A DNA stretch of 64,000 bases from Eledone cirrhosa (Eukaryota), in assembly GCA_964016885.1 (NCBI GenBank), contig OZ024741.1, positions 252,216,001-252,280,000 on the forward strand. Reading direction: 5' to 3'. Positions 63,916 through 64,000 of the stretch are shown here, piece by piece. The position numbers and the translations under genes were made by a program. The stretch's first letter is position 1, and each line of letters starts with the position of its first letter. Under the pieces are notes generated by a model. That model did not search any database and was not told the DNA's origin. It saw only the letters and a program-made list of their open reading frames with translations.

Positions 63916-64000
63916 CTTCATTGTACTGTGTCGAGTATATATATATATTAGCAGCGGAGGTGGGTGTTCAGAAAGTACAATAACTAGGGTAAGAACGGGA

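Overview
This is an AT-rich, microsatellite-saturated animal genomic window with no recognisable host gene. The repeat repertoire looks like a coleoid cephalopod (octopus), which is an inference. It contains three large minus-strand RTE-clade LINE copies, one with an intact 1042-aa APE-RT ORF, all carrying a PHD-type finger inside the RT. It also holds many RTE fragments, tRNA-derived SINEs, an internally deleted mariner, piggyBac/hAT/Tc1-type MITEs, Helitron-type pieces, Tx1-like 3' ends, two decayed Penelope-like (PLE) coding remnants and several minisatellites. The main hidden signal is about 18 type I hammerhead-ribozyme-like motifs from at least 8 unrelated short non-coding repeat families. 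Many sit in fold-back (inverted) arrangements inside (TA)n tracts. They include three motifs with a compensated U3-A8 core and a 415-bp retrozyme-like tandem unit. All folds were done by eye and none has been tested.
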